Shown here: one piece after another, positions 9,743 to 18,044 of the stretch
Layout: the number at the start of each line of letters is the position of its first letter
How positions within the stretch are numbered: position 1 is the stretch's first letter
Assembly: GCA_017615635.1 (NCBI GenBank)
Contig: JAFZZR010000062.1
Span: forward strand, 12,123 to 76,122
Direction: 5' to 3'
DNA from: Lentisphaeria bacterium
GTDB taxonomy: Bacteria; Verrucomicrobiota; Lentisphaeria; Victivallales; UBA1829
DNA length: 64,000 nucleotides
Program-made: the position numbers and the translations under genes
Notes under the pieces: model-generated
Seen by the model: the letters and a program-made list of their open reading frames with translations, nothing else
What the model was told of the DNA's origin: nothing
The model's database searches: none

Positions 9743-10546
9743 TTACAGCGATTTTAAAAGTTTGAATTCATCATAATAATAGGCCGATCCCTCGTACTGG
9801 GCATCTCCATTCACCAGATTATCCTTGAATTCGGCGGGCTCCGTCGCGGCGACATGGCCATCCAGATACATCAGATTCATCTTTCTGGAATGTCTTGAAT
9901 GAAATCTTCCCAACGAGGTACTTTCTGCAGGATTGACTATACAATACTGTGCCTTTCCCCAGTATTGGTTGTCGACATAGGAATCCCCGCCGAACATTGC
10001 CGTAGTCGGGTGTTTAAGAGCCCCCAGGTTGATAAAGATCTGGTTTTCATTGCCGCGTATGATTACATATTTTTTTGTTGCGTTCCAATATAAGAGACCG
10101 TACGTTACTCTTTTTTGCTGTTTTGCTTCAGAAGTGGTTTTCGATGCCGTCGGGTCCAAAGGCAGCGGCAGATCCGGGCAAAGCAGCAGATTGAAGTCTT
10201 CAGGGATATAACCGCCGTCAACTAGAAACTCCGCCCATCCGTATTGAACTTTATACTTCGATGACTCGGAGGGCATATAATTCTGAACCAGGATCAAAGA
10301 ATTCCAGTCATTCGCATAATTCAGCCCGGCAAGAATTACCTGCCGCTCATTATTTATGCACGTTACTGCGCGGCCTGTCGCTTTCACCTTGCTCAATGCG
10401 GGAAGGAGCATTCCCGCCAGCACGGCGATAATGGCGATAACAACCAGCAATTCTATAAGGGTGAAAAACACTCCTGATCTCAACTTTTCGTTTCTTTTCA
10501 CTTTTGCACTCCTTCTGTTGTTTTTATTATTGCTACAGAAAAACAT
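9743..10546 (-). CDS. Prepilin-type N-terminal methylation-domain protein, H-X9-DG family
   Basis: [26 protein letters not shown], plus the canonical C-terminal motif [12 protein letters not shown] (H, 9 residues, DG) followed by H. Confidence 0.88.
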   Translation of the reverse strand: MFFCSNNKNNRRSAKVKRNEKLRSGVFFTLIELLVVIAIIAVLAGMLLPALSKVKATGRAVTCINNERQVILAGLNYANDWNSLILVQNYMPSESSKYKVQYGWAEFLVDGGYIPEDFNLLLCPDLPLPLDPTASKTTSEAKQQKRVTYGLLYWNATKKYVIIRGNENQIFINLGALKHPTTAMFGGDSYVDNQYWGKAQYCIVNPAESTSLGRFHSRHSRKMNLMYLDGHVAATEPAEFKDNLVNGDAQYEGSAYYYDEFKLLKSL

Positions 10547-10574
10547 CCGCTTTGTCGAGGCGGATAAAATTCAG

Positions 10575-11615
10575 TTATTTCACCGGAAATGTCTCTCTCG
10601 AAATAAAGTGCGATCCCACAACGATTTCCCGTTCCGTTTTGCCCGCAATCTGCCCGAAGATCCCGCGGCCCAATGCCGCACCGATCTCTTCCGCATCCGC
10701 GGAAACCGTGGAAAGCCGCCGGTCGGCAACGGTCTCATCGTAGGTTTCATAATCGCCGTACCCGACAACAAACACATCTTTTCCGACTTTGATCCCTGCC
10801 GATTCCAACGCATCGCAAACGCCCATGGCGCTTGCATCGGAATCGCACCAGATGAACTTGTAGCGCTTCAACTCTTCCAGATGCATCATGCAGAAGCGAA
10901 GGGATGTCCGGTAATCCGCAAGGATCCCGTTTCCGGGATAAAACATGCCGTCAAGCGAATATCCGCTGCCGGGGTATACAATCTTTCCCGCACGCTCCGC
11001 CTCATTCCGGCGGATGTCGACCACAGTCGATTTCCGTCCGAAAAAAAGCATTTTTTTCAAGCATCGTTTCGGAATGTTCCGCCAGATCTCGCAGAACGCC
11101 GCGGTGTCGTCCCGCTGAATATGGTTCACGTTCGCAATGGAAACGCCGGATTCGCAGACCACCCAGAGGGGAGACTTCACCTTGTCCAGCATCGCTCTGA
11201 CGCCGCCTCCGATCATGGATGGTCCGGTCACATAGCCGTCTGCAACGCCTGACATCAGAAAATTGCTCACCTGGGTATCCATGGTTTCGCTGCCGTTGGC
11301 ATAAAGCAGACTGAGGACATAGCCGTGTTTCTGAATCTCGGCGCTTAACCCGCAGATGATCCGCGCCCAGTCGTGGGCTGCGAAGTCCAGCCGCATGTTT
11401 CCGAGGATCATTCCGATCTTATAAGTTTTCCCGGTGACGATGGACCGGCCGGAATAACTGGGACGGTATCCGAGTTCATCGCTGATCGCCTGGATTTTCT
11501 TCCGGACCTTTTCGCTGATGAGAGAAGCGGTTTCCGGATTCAGGGCGCGTGAAACGGTCGCCCAGTTGACCCCGGCTTTTTCCGCAATGCTTTTGATCGT
11601 CACACGCTGCTTCAT
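10575..11615 (-). CDS. LacI-family transcriptional regulator
   Basis: Start chosen at MKQRVTIKSIAEKAGVNWATVSRALN (HTH), with AAGAAAGGG RBS. The C-terminal periplasmic-binding-fold-like sequence is typical of LacI/GalR. Confidence 0.9.
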   Translation of the reverse strand: MKQRVTIKSIAEKAGVNWATVSRALNPETASLISEKVRKKIQAISDELGYRPSYSGRSIVTGKTYKIGMILGNMRLDFAAHDWARIICGLSAEIQKHGYVLSLLYANGSETMDTQVSNFLMSGVADGYVTGPSMIGGGVRAMLDKVKSPLWVVCESGVSIANVNHIQRDDTAAFCEIWRNIPKRCLKKMLFFGRKSTVVDIRRNEAERAGKIVYPGSGYSLDGMFYPGNGILADYRTSLRFCMMHLEELKRYKFIWCDSDASAMGVCDALESAGIKVGKDVFVVGYGDYETYDETVADRRLSTVSADAEEIGAALGRGIFGQIAGKTEREIVVGSHFISRETFPVK

Positions 11616-11643
11616 AGGAACCCTTTCTTGTTGTTTTGCCCTT

Positions 11644-11680
11644 AATATAGCACGGGGCTTTGACAATGCAAATGTTTGCA
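11644..11680 (-). promoter_or_regulatory. Candidate lacI-family promoter with overlapping palindromic operator
   Basis: On the minus strand: TTGCAT (11671-11666), 16-nt spacer, TATATT (11649-11644), about 30 nt upstream of ATG 11615. The 14-bp palindrome TGCAAA-TG-TTTGCA (11667-11680) overlaps the -35. Confidence 0.4.
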
Positions 11681-11761
11681 AAAACTTTTTTCCGCGATGT
11701 GAAATTGATTTCCTGATTTGCAGGCCATGGACTTTTTACGCAAAAAGATGCTCATTTTCAC

Positions 11762-11790
11762 TTGCATAATCGCTTGTGCGAGAGTATAGT
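11762..11790 (+). promoter_or_regulatory. Near-consensus sigma70-type promoter directly abutting the ATPase start codon
   Basis: TTGCAT (11762-11767), 17-nt spacer, TATAGT (11785-11790). ATG at 11801, only 10 nt after the -10 hexamer. Confidence 0.45.
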
Positions 11791-11800
11791 TTCCGCCATC

Positions 11801-13306
11801 ATGAGGATTCTTTCTGTCAGAAATCTCCGCGGCATTCCAAAGCTGGACTTCACGGTTCCGGACCGGCCCGGTGCGTATCTGCTCACCGGAGCCAACGGCG
11901 CCGGCAAATCCACGGTCCTTTCCTGCCTCGCGCAGCTGGGCGATCCCGGTGCACTGGACCGTTTTTTCACGCCGAACATCCGTTTTTCCGACTTCGATGC
12001 AGACGACGTCTACCGGGATTCCTTGATTCGTTTCGAGGCGGACGGGAAAGTCGTGGAGTTCCGCTATCGTTCCGGGAAATGGCGTGCCGCGGGGGAGGAA
12101 ACGGAAAACAAACTGGATCTCTTTGGTTTCTCCTCCGTCGTGTTTGCCGGAGAAAAGCGCAAAGTCTTCCCCGAGCCGGGGGAAACGTTCTCCATCCGGG
12201 CGGTCCGCCCGGCCCCGGAAAATCTGCGCAGCGCGGCGGCGGAAATTTTCGACGACGAAAAGTTTCATCAGCTGCATGTGGTGAAGAGCGAAATCACGGG
12301 CACGGAATTCTTTCTGATCCGCCGGTTCGAGGCAGGCGAGGACCGCTTTTTCAGTGAAAACAACTTCGGTTCCGGAGAGCGGGCGGTCCTCCGGCTGATC
12401 GCGCGGATCCAGTCGCTTCCGCCCTCGGCGCTGATCCTGCTGGACGAAGCGGAGATGGCGCTCCATCCGCGTGCGAGGAAACGTCTGTGGGAATATCTGC
12501 GGCGGACCGCCGCCGCAAGGTCTTTCGTGATCCTGGTCTCCACGCAGTCCGCCAGCCTTATCCGCGGGGCCGACCGAGGCCGGATCCTCCTTCTGGAAAA
12601 TGACGGAGCCGACGGTCTGGTCTGCCGGAACGACGTCTATCCCGCCGCCGTACTGGGCGAAATGGCGCTGCCCGAAGACATTCTGCCGGAGGTCCTGCTG
12701 CTGGTGGAGGATCAGGAAGCCTCCATGCTGCTGAACGCCATCGTGGACAAGCTCCGAGCCTGCATGGATCAGGAATTCCCCTACTGCCGGATCCTGCCTG
12801 TGGGCGGATATATGCAGGTCGTCATCCTGATGGACAATCTCTCCCGGGTTCTGCCCGCGTATATCCAGAAACGGGCCGTTCTGGACCGCGATGCGAAGCC
12901 CTTCATCGCAAAAGCGCTGGAATCTCCGGGCCGGTCTCATTTCGATGTGGTGGAGCGCAACCGGAAACAGATATTTTATCTGCCCTGCGCCCCGGAACAG
13001 GGGGTGATCCGTCTGCTGGAAAGCGATGTCCGGAGACACTCCCGGGGACTTTCGGAACTCTTTTGCGGACGGAGTCCGCATCTGGAGGACATCGTCTACC
13101 ACGATGCGCGATATCGGGCCGTGCCCGGCACGAACCGGGCGGACTGCAAGGAGAAGCTCTCGCTGATCGTGCGCGGGATCATGAAAATCTCCGGAGAACC
13201 GGAGACGAACGTAAGGAAAAAACTCTACCGGTATTACGTTGAGAACCGGTATCGCAATATCCGGGAACTGAAAGAGGATTACTGTCCGCTGATTTTTCAG
13301 AAGTGA
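11801..13306 (+). CDS. ABC/SMC-type ATPase fused to a Toprim/DUF4435-like C-terminal domain (OLD / PARIS AriA-AriB-like defence candidate)
   Basis: Start at MRILSVRNLRGI. Walker A GANGAGKST, signature-like NFGSGERAV, Walker B ILLDEAEMALHP. Then LLLVEDQEAS (conserved Glu), LPVGGY and VLDRDAKP (DxD), in the order expected for a Toprim-type nuclease domain. Confidence 0.75.
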   Translation: MRILSVRNLRGIPKLDFTVPDRPGAYLLTGANGAGKSTVLSCLAQLGDPGALDRFFTPNIRFSDFDADDVYRDSLIRFEADGKVVEFRYRSGKWRAAGEETENKLDLFGFSSVVFAGEKRKVFPEPGETFSIRAVRPAPENLRSAAAEIFDDEKFHQLHVVKSEITGTEFFLIRRFEAGEDRFFSENNFGSGERAVLRLIARIQSLPPSALILLDEAEMALHPRARKRLWEYLRRTAAARSFVILVSTQSASLIRGADRGRILLLENDGADGLVCRNDVYPAAVLGEMALPEDILPEVLLLVEDQEASMLLNAIVDKLRACMDQEFPYCRILPVGGYMQVVILMDNLSRVLPAYIQKRAVLDRDAKPFIAKALESPGRSHFDVVERNRKQIFYLPCAPEQGVIRLLESDVRRHSRGLSELFCGRSPHLEDIVYHDARYRAVPGTNRADCKEKLSLIVRGIMKISGEPETNVRKKLYRYYVENRYRNIRELKEDYCPLIFQK

Positions 13307-13328
13307 CCGAATCCGGGAGAATGGTTCT

Positions 13329-14411
13329 ATGTCCTGCCGTCTGGAATTCCAAAACATCTGCAAACGCTACGCCGGATCCGCCCCGGTGCTCCAGGATCTT
13401 TCTCTGACCGTGGAGCCCGGCGAGCTCTTTTTCCTTCTGGGTCCCTCGGGATGCGGAAAGTCCACCCTTCTCCGGATCGCCGCCGGACTTATCGAGCCGG
13501 ATTCGGGCCGGATCCTCGCGGACGGAAAGGACATCGGTGCTCTGCCTCCGGAACGGCGCGGCATGCCCATGGTGTTCCAAAGCTATGCTCTCTGGCCGCA
13601 CATGGACGTCTTCGAAAACGTGGCTTTCGGACTGAAGATCCGGAAAATGTCCGCCCCCGAGATCCGGACTCGGGTGGAATCCATTCTTGAAGCCGTTCAG
13701 ATGACTCCGTACATCCGGAGAAAGATCACCGCTCTTTCCGGCGGACAGCAGCAGCGTGTGGCGCTGGCCCGAGCTCTGGTGCTGGATCCTTCCGTTCTTC
13801 TTCTGGACGAACCCCTTTCCAACCTGGATGCGAAGCTGCGCGACGCCATGCGCACCGAGATCCGCAGGATCTGCAAGGAAAAGGAACTGACCGCCGTCTA
13901 TGTCACACACGACCGCCGCGAGGCCTTGAGCATGGCCGACCGGATCGCCGTTCTGAAGTTCGGGCAGGTCCGGCAATGCGGAACGCCCCGGGAAATCTAC
14001 CGGATGCCCCGGGACCGCTTCACCGCCTCCTTCCTGGGCGACGTCAACTTTCTCACGGGATGCTGCCTCGGACGGGAAGACACGTTCTGCGTCTTCGAGA
14101 CGGAAGTCGGCAAGCTCCGTGCCGCACCCGGCTGGGGAGATCCTCCCGCGCCCGGCGAAACCCGCACTCTCATGTTCCGTCCGGAATCCGTCCGGTTCGA
14201 CGCGGCGGAGTCCGAGATCAATTCGTTCTCCGCACAGATCCGGGAAAGCTGGTTCCTCGGCGAAATCACCCAGACAAGTCTGGCGGCCGGATCCTTTGTC
14301 TTCACGGCCAACGAACAGGCCGCCCCCGACCGGGCGCACGGGACCGGACTGCGGGTCCGGATCAGTCCGGAGCATCTGGTCGTTCTCTCCCCGGATCCGG
14401 AGGAGGATTGA
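13329..14411 (+). CDS. ABC importer ATP-binding subunit (PotA/FbpC-like)
   Basis: GPSGCGKSTLLR, LSGGQQQRVALARAL and LLLDEPLSNLD, plus a C-terminal TOBE-like regulatory domain. Confidence 0.9.
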   Translation: MSCRLEFQNICKRYAGSAPVLQDLSLTVEPGELFFLLGPSGCGKSTLLRIAAGLIEPDSGRILADGKDIGALPPERRGMPMVFQSYALWPHMDVFENVAFGLKIRKMSAPEIRTRVESILEAVQMTPYIRRKITALSGGQQQRVALARALVLDPSVLLLDEPLSNLDAKLRDAMRTEIRRICKEKELTAVYVTHDRREALSMADRIAVLKFGQVRQCGTPREIYRMPRDRFTASFLGDVNFLTGCCLGREDTFCVFETEVGKLRAAPGWGDPPAPGETRTLMFRPESVRFDAAESEINSFSAQIRESWFLGEITQTSLAAGSFVFTANEQAAPDRAHGTGLRVRISPEHLVVLSPDPEED

Positions 14412-14414
14412 TCC

Positions 14415-15983
14415 ATGTGGAAACGTCTTCTCCCCGCGCTGCTTCCTCTGGCTGTCCTTCTGGCGCTGCCGCTGTATCTCCGGCCCGCGCAGGATGACGG
14501 ACAGAACGATTCCGGCTCCGCAAAGCCGGATCTGCTGGTCATCGTGACCCCGCATACGGAACAGATCCGCTACGAGATCGACCATGCCTTCCGCAAGTAT
14601 TACCGGGAGAAGTTCGGCCGTCCCGTGGAGATCGACTGGCGGAACGTGGGCGGGACCTCGGACATCGTCCGGTATATCGCCGACCGCTTCGAAGCGCAGT
14701 TCCGGATGAAGTACGAGGAATCCGGAGGCACGTGGACCAAGGAAACGGCTGTATCCTTCAAAGATCCGAAAGCGGATCCGGCGAAATGTCCCGAGCGGAA
14801 AATGTTTCTGGAGTCGAATACGGGGATCGGGATCGACGTCTTCTTCGGAGGCGGCTCCTACGATCACGGCAAGTTCGCAAAAATCGGCTTCGCCGTTCCC
14901 GGCGGCGTGGAGACGCGTCACCCCGAATGGTTCGCGCCCGACGTCATTCCCCTGACTCACGCAGGGGAGCAGATCCGCGATCCTCAGGGCCGGTACTACG
15001 GGGTCTGCCTCTCCTCCTTCGGGATCGCCTACAATCCCGACCGCTACCGGGAGATGGATCTGCCGCCGCCCGAGAACTGGAAGGACCTGGGGCGTCCGGA
15101 ACTTTTCCGGAAGACCGAGGCTGCGGACCCGGCGAAATCCGGATCCATCACGAAATGTTTCGAAATGATCCTTCAGCAGTCCATGGCCGAGCACGGTCCG
15201 GAAAAAGGATGGCGCGAAGGTTTTCTCCTGATCCGCAGGATCGCCGCCAATGCCCGATGCGTCACCGACAGCGCCGGCAAACTGGTCCGCGACATCTCTT
15301 CGGGCGCGGCCGCCGCCAGCATGTGCATCGACTTCTACGGCCTTTCCGAAGCTGAATTTTCCGCCTCCGTTTCCCGGGGACAGACCCGGCTCGTCTACGT
15401 CATGCCGCGCAACGGGTCCTCCGTCTCCGCCGATCCCGTTCAGCTCCTCCGCGGCGCCCCCAACCCGAAAACCGCGCAGGCTTTTCTGGATTTCCTCCTC
15501 TCGCCCGAAGGGCAGGCCCTCTGGATGCGGAAGCCCGGCACCCCCGGCGGCCCTGTGAAGTATTCGCTCCTCCGTCCCTGCGTACGGATGGATCTGTACG
15601 GAACGATCCCGGATGACGAATGCGCCATTCCGGGATACAATCCCTACCGTTCCAGCGGCACGTTCCAGTATCACGGCGAGTGGACAGGCCGATGGTTCAG
15701 CCTCATCCGCGTGCTCATAAAATCCATAGCGCTGGATCCGCTGGACGATCTTCAGGATGCCTGGTGCGCCATCCTCGAAAACGGCGGACCGGAGAAGAAT
15801 CCCGAGGCCATGGCTCTCTTTGCGGCCATGCCCTTCGAACTCGCGCAGGCACCCGAGGCCGCCAAACGTCTTTCCGGCACTCCGCAGGAATCCGCCGCCG
15901 TCCGCAGGGAGTGGACGGCCTTCTCCTCGGAGAATTTCCGGAAAGCGGCCCGAATCGCCCGGGAGAAAGGAAAGACGAAATGA
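14415..15983 (+). CDS. ABC importer periplasmic substrate-binding protein (iron(III)/polyamine-type family)
   Basis: Signal peptide MWKRLLPALLPLAVLLALPL. Positioned between the ATPase and the permease. Its stop overlaps the permease start (ATGA at 15980-15983). Confidence 0.8.
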   Translation: MWKRLLPALLPLAVLLALPLYLRPAQDDGQNDSGSAKPDLLVIVTPHTEQIRYEIDHAFRKYYREKFGRPVEIDWRNVGGTSDIVRYIADRFEAQFRMKYEESGGTWTKETAVSFKDPKADPAKCPERKMFLESNTGIGIDVFFGGGSYDHGKFAKIGFAVPGGVETRHPEWFAPDVIPLTHAGEQIRDPQGRYYGVCLSSFGIAYNPDRYREMDLPPPENWKDLGRPELFRKTEAADPAKSGSITKCFEMILQQSMAEHGPEKGWREGFLLIRRIAANARCVTDSAGKLVRDISSGAAAASMCIDFYGLSEAEFSASVSRGQTRLVYVMPRNGSSVSADPVQLLRGAPNPKTAQAFLDFLLSPEGQALWMRKPGTPGGPVKYSLLRPCVRMDLYGTIPDDECAIPGYNPYRSSGTFQYHGEWTGRWFSLIRVLIKSIALDPLDDLQDAWCAILENGGPEKNPEAMALFAAMPFELAQAPEAAKRLSGTPQESAAVRREWTAFSSENFRKAARIAREKGKTK

Positions 15984-17665
15984 AGTTGTTTCTGCGTAAG
16001 ATCCGGCCCGGCGTTCTGCTTTCCATGCTGTTTCTCTGCGTGTTCTTCACGCTCTTCCTTTTCCTGCCTCTCTTTACGGTCCTGCGCGAAGGATTGAACT
16101 TCGGTGTCTTTCTGGAGATTTTCCGGAATCATCTGTACCGGGAGGGCATGTGGAATGCGCTGCTCATCAGCCTCACCACCACCGCCTTGGTCTTTCTCTT
16201 TTCCTTTCCGCTGGCTCTGCTGTACGATCAGTTCGAATTCCCCGGAAAATCCGCCTGTCCCGTCCTCATGATGGCACCCATGATCCTTCCGCCCTTCGTT
16301 GGCGCTCTGGAATTCCAGCAGATCCTCGGACACTACGGGGTCCTGAATTCTCTTCTGGCGCTCTTCGATCTGGGACCGGTGGACTTTCTGGGCGGAGGCG
16401 GCCGGTTCTGGAGCGTCTGCCTCATCGAGGCCCTGCACCTCTATCCCATCGCCTACCTCAATCTGACCACTGCGCTGGCCAACCGGGATCCGGCGCTGGA
16501 CGAGGCGGCGCGGAATCTGGGGATCCCGGCCTGGCAGCGGTTCCTGCACATCACGCTGCCCCTGACGAAGCCGGGCATTCTGGCCGGCGGAAGCATCGTG
16601 CTCATCTGGAGCTTCACGGAGCTGGGAACGCCGCTCATGTTCGGATTCAATACCGTGACGCCCGTGCAGGTCTTCAACGGGATCACCGAGCTGGGGACCA
16701 ATCCCGCCGCCTACTCCCTGGTCATTGTCATGCTTCTCTTTTCCGCCGTCCTCTACCTCGCCGGAAAATTCCTCCTCGGCGCTCCCTCGACGGCCACCGC
16801 CGTCAAAGGCATCGCGGGTTCCGGATCCCGAATCCTGACCGGCGCCCGCCGATTCCTCCCCGGCCTCGCCTTCGGACTCTTCACCTTCCTGGCGGTCCTG
16901 CCCCATCTGGCGCTGATCCTGACCGCGTTCAGCGAATCCTGGTACCGGACGATCCTGCCCCTTCACTATTCGCTGATACATTTCCAGAACGCTCTCTCGG
17001 ACAAACTGGTGGCCCCCAGCATCGCCAACAGCCTGCGCTACTCCGTGGCCGCGACGGTTCTGGCGGTGGCCGCCGGATTTCTGGCGGCGTTCCTCTCCTG
17101 CCGCGTGCGCTCGCGTCTTTCCAGACTCTTCGATCTGGCGGGCATGCTCCCGCTCATGATCCCGGGCATCGTTCTGGCGGTGGGCTTCCTCGGCATGTCC
17201 ATCCGGTACGAGTGGGCCTCGCTTCTCTTCGATCCCGTTGCCAATCCCGTCCTCCTCATTGCCGCGGCCTATGCCATCCGGCGGGTCCCGTACGTCCTCC
17301 GGGCGGCGGCCAGCGGACTGGAACAGACTCCCGAGGAGCTGGAGAACGCCGCGCGGAATTCGGGCGCGGGACCCCTTCGCGCCCTGTGGAAGATCACGAT
17401 CCCGCTGATCGCCGCGAATCTGCTGGTGGGTGCGCTTTTCGCCTTCAGCTTCTCCATGATGGAAGTCTCGGACTCCCTGATCCTGGCGCAGAAAGCCCAG
17501 TTCTACCCCATCACCAAAGCCATCTACGAACTTTCCCAGTATCTTGGATCGGGGCCCTACGTGGCTGCCGCCTTCGGCGTCTGGGCCATGGCCTTCCTGG
17601 CCTCGTCGCTCCTCGCCGCATCCATCCTCCTCGGACGGAAGATCGGCGCCCTCTTCCGGATGTGA
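15980..17665 (+). CDS. ABC importer permease with duplicated 6-TM halves (FbpB/ThiP-like)
   Basis: Start at MKLFLRKIRPGVLL. Two repeats of the binding-protein-dependent transport motif region (AARNLG...ITLPL and AARNSG...ITIPL). Confidence 0.85.
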   Translation: MKLFLRKIRPGVLLSMLFLCVFFTLFLFLPLFTVLREGLNFGVFLEIFRNHLYREGMWNALLISLTTTALVFLFSFPLALLYDQFEFPGKSACPVLMMAPMILPPFVGALEFQQILGHYGVLNSLLALFDLGPVDFLGGGGRFWSVCLIEALHLYPIAYLNLTTALANRDPALDEAARNLGIPAWQRFLHITLPLTKPGILAGGSIVLIWSFTELGTPLMFGFNTVTPVQVFNGITELGTNPAAYSLVIVMLLFSAVLYLAGKFLLGAPSTATAVKGIAGSGSRILTGARRFLPGLAFGLFTFLAVLPHLALILTAFSESWYRTILPLHYSLIHFQNALSDKLVAPSIANSLRYSVAATVLAVAAGFLAAFLSCRVRSRLSRLFDLAGMLPLMIPGIVLAVGFLGMSIRYEWASLLFDPVANPVLLIAAAYAIRRVPYVLRAAASGLEQTPEELENAARNSGAGPLRALWKITIPLIAANLLVGALFAFSFSMMEVSDSLILAQKAQFYPITKAIYELSQYLGSGPYVAAAFGVWAMAFLASSLLAASILLGRKIGALFRM

Positions 17666-17671
17666 ACCTTC

Positions 17672-17947
17672 TCAGTCCCTTCCATTACCGTTCCCGCTTA
17701 CTGCGGGAAGCTCAGCCAAGATAGCAAGAATCCATCTTCCAAAAGTAAGTATGATTGGCCAAAATGGAATGATAAAAATTGCAGAATATGGAATCATAAG
17801 AAAGAATAATTTTACAATCGCCAAAGGAACGGAAATTTCTGTGGCAGGAGCCCAAACCCCATTCATCCAAGGCATGGAACTATTAAGAAAACAACCAGAA
17901 CCCCAGATCCATTGACAATGTTCATAAAACCATCTTGCAATAATCAT
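17672..17947 (-). CDS. Hypothetical small Trp-rich membrane protein (91 aa) in a low-GC islet
   Basis: ORF MIIARWFYEHCQWIWGSG...IIPFWPIILTFGRWILAILAEL with 2-3 hydrophobic segments. Local GC is 36% (hand count 17761-17860). GAGG lies too close to the ATG to be a good RBS, so the start and the coding status are uncertain. Confidence 0.3.
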   Translation of the reverse strand: MIIARWFYEHCQWIWGSGCFLNSSMPWMNGVWAPATEISVPLAIVKLFFLMIPYSAIFIIPFWPIILTFGRWILAILAELPAVSGNGNGRD

Positions 17948-17982
17948 ACCTCAAAGAAACCGTCTTTTTTTCTCTTCCCTGC

Positions 17983-18011
17983 TTGAAAAGCATAACGTGT
18001 CGCGTTATATT
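17983..18011 (+). promoter_or_regulatory. higBA promoter with inverted-repeat operator
   Basis: TTGAAA (17983-17988), 17-nt spacer, TATATT (18006-18011). Inverted repeat ATAACG-N5-CGTTAT (17992-18008) spans the spacer and the -10. Confidence 0.5.
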
Positions 18012-18044
18012 GTGGACAGAACAAAAAACAGACTGGCCGGGAAG

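Noticed and set aside
15620-15979. N-terminal extensions offered by the ORF track, for example permease from 15620, secreted unknown from 42194, GspI-like from 62226, rnfC from 52457, rnfG from 49941 and higB from GTG 17997
   Set aside because: The extensions overlap the preceding gene or a promoter and are compositionally odd. Internal ATGs with an RBS or with ATGA/TAATG coupling give N-termini that match the family (signal peptide, prepilin motif, first beta-strand).
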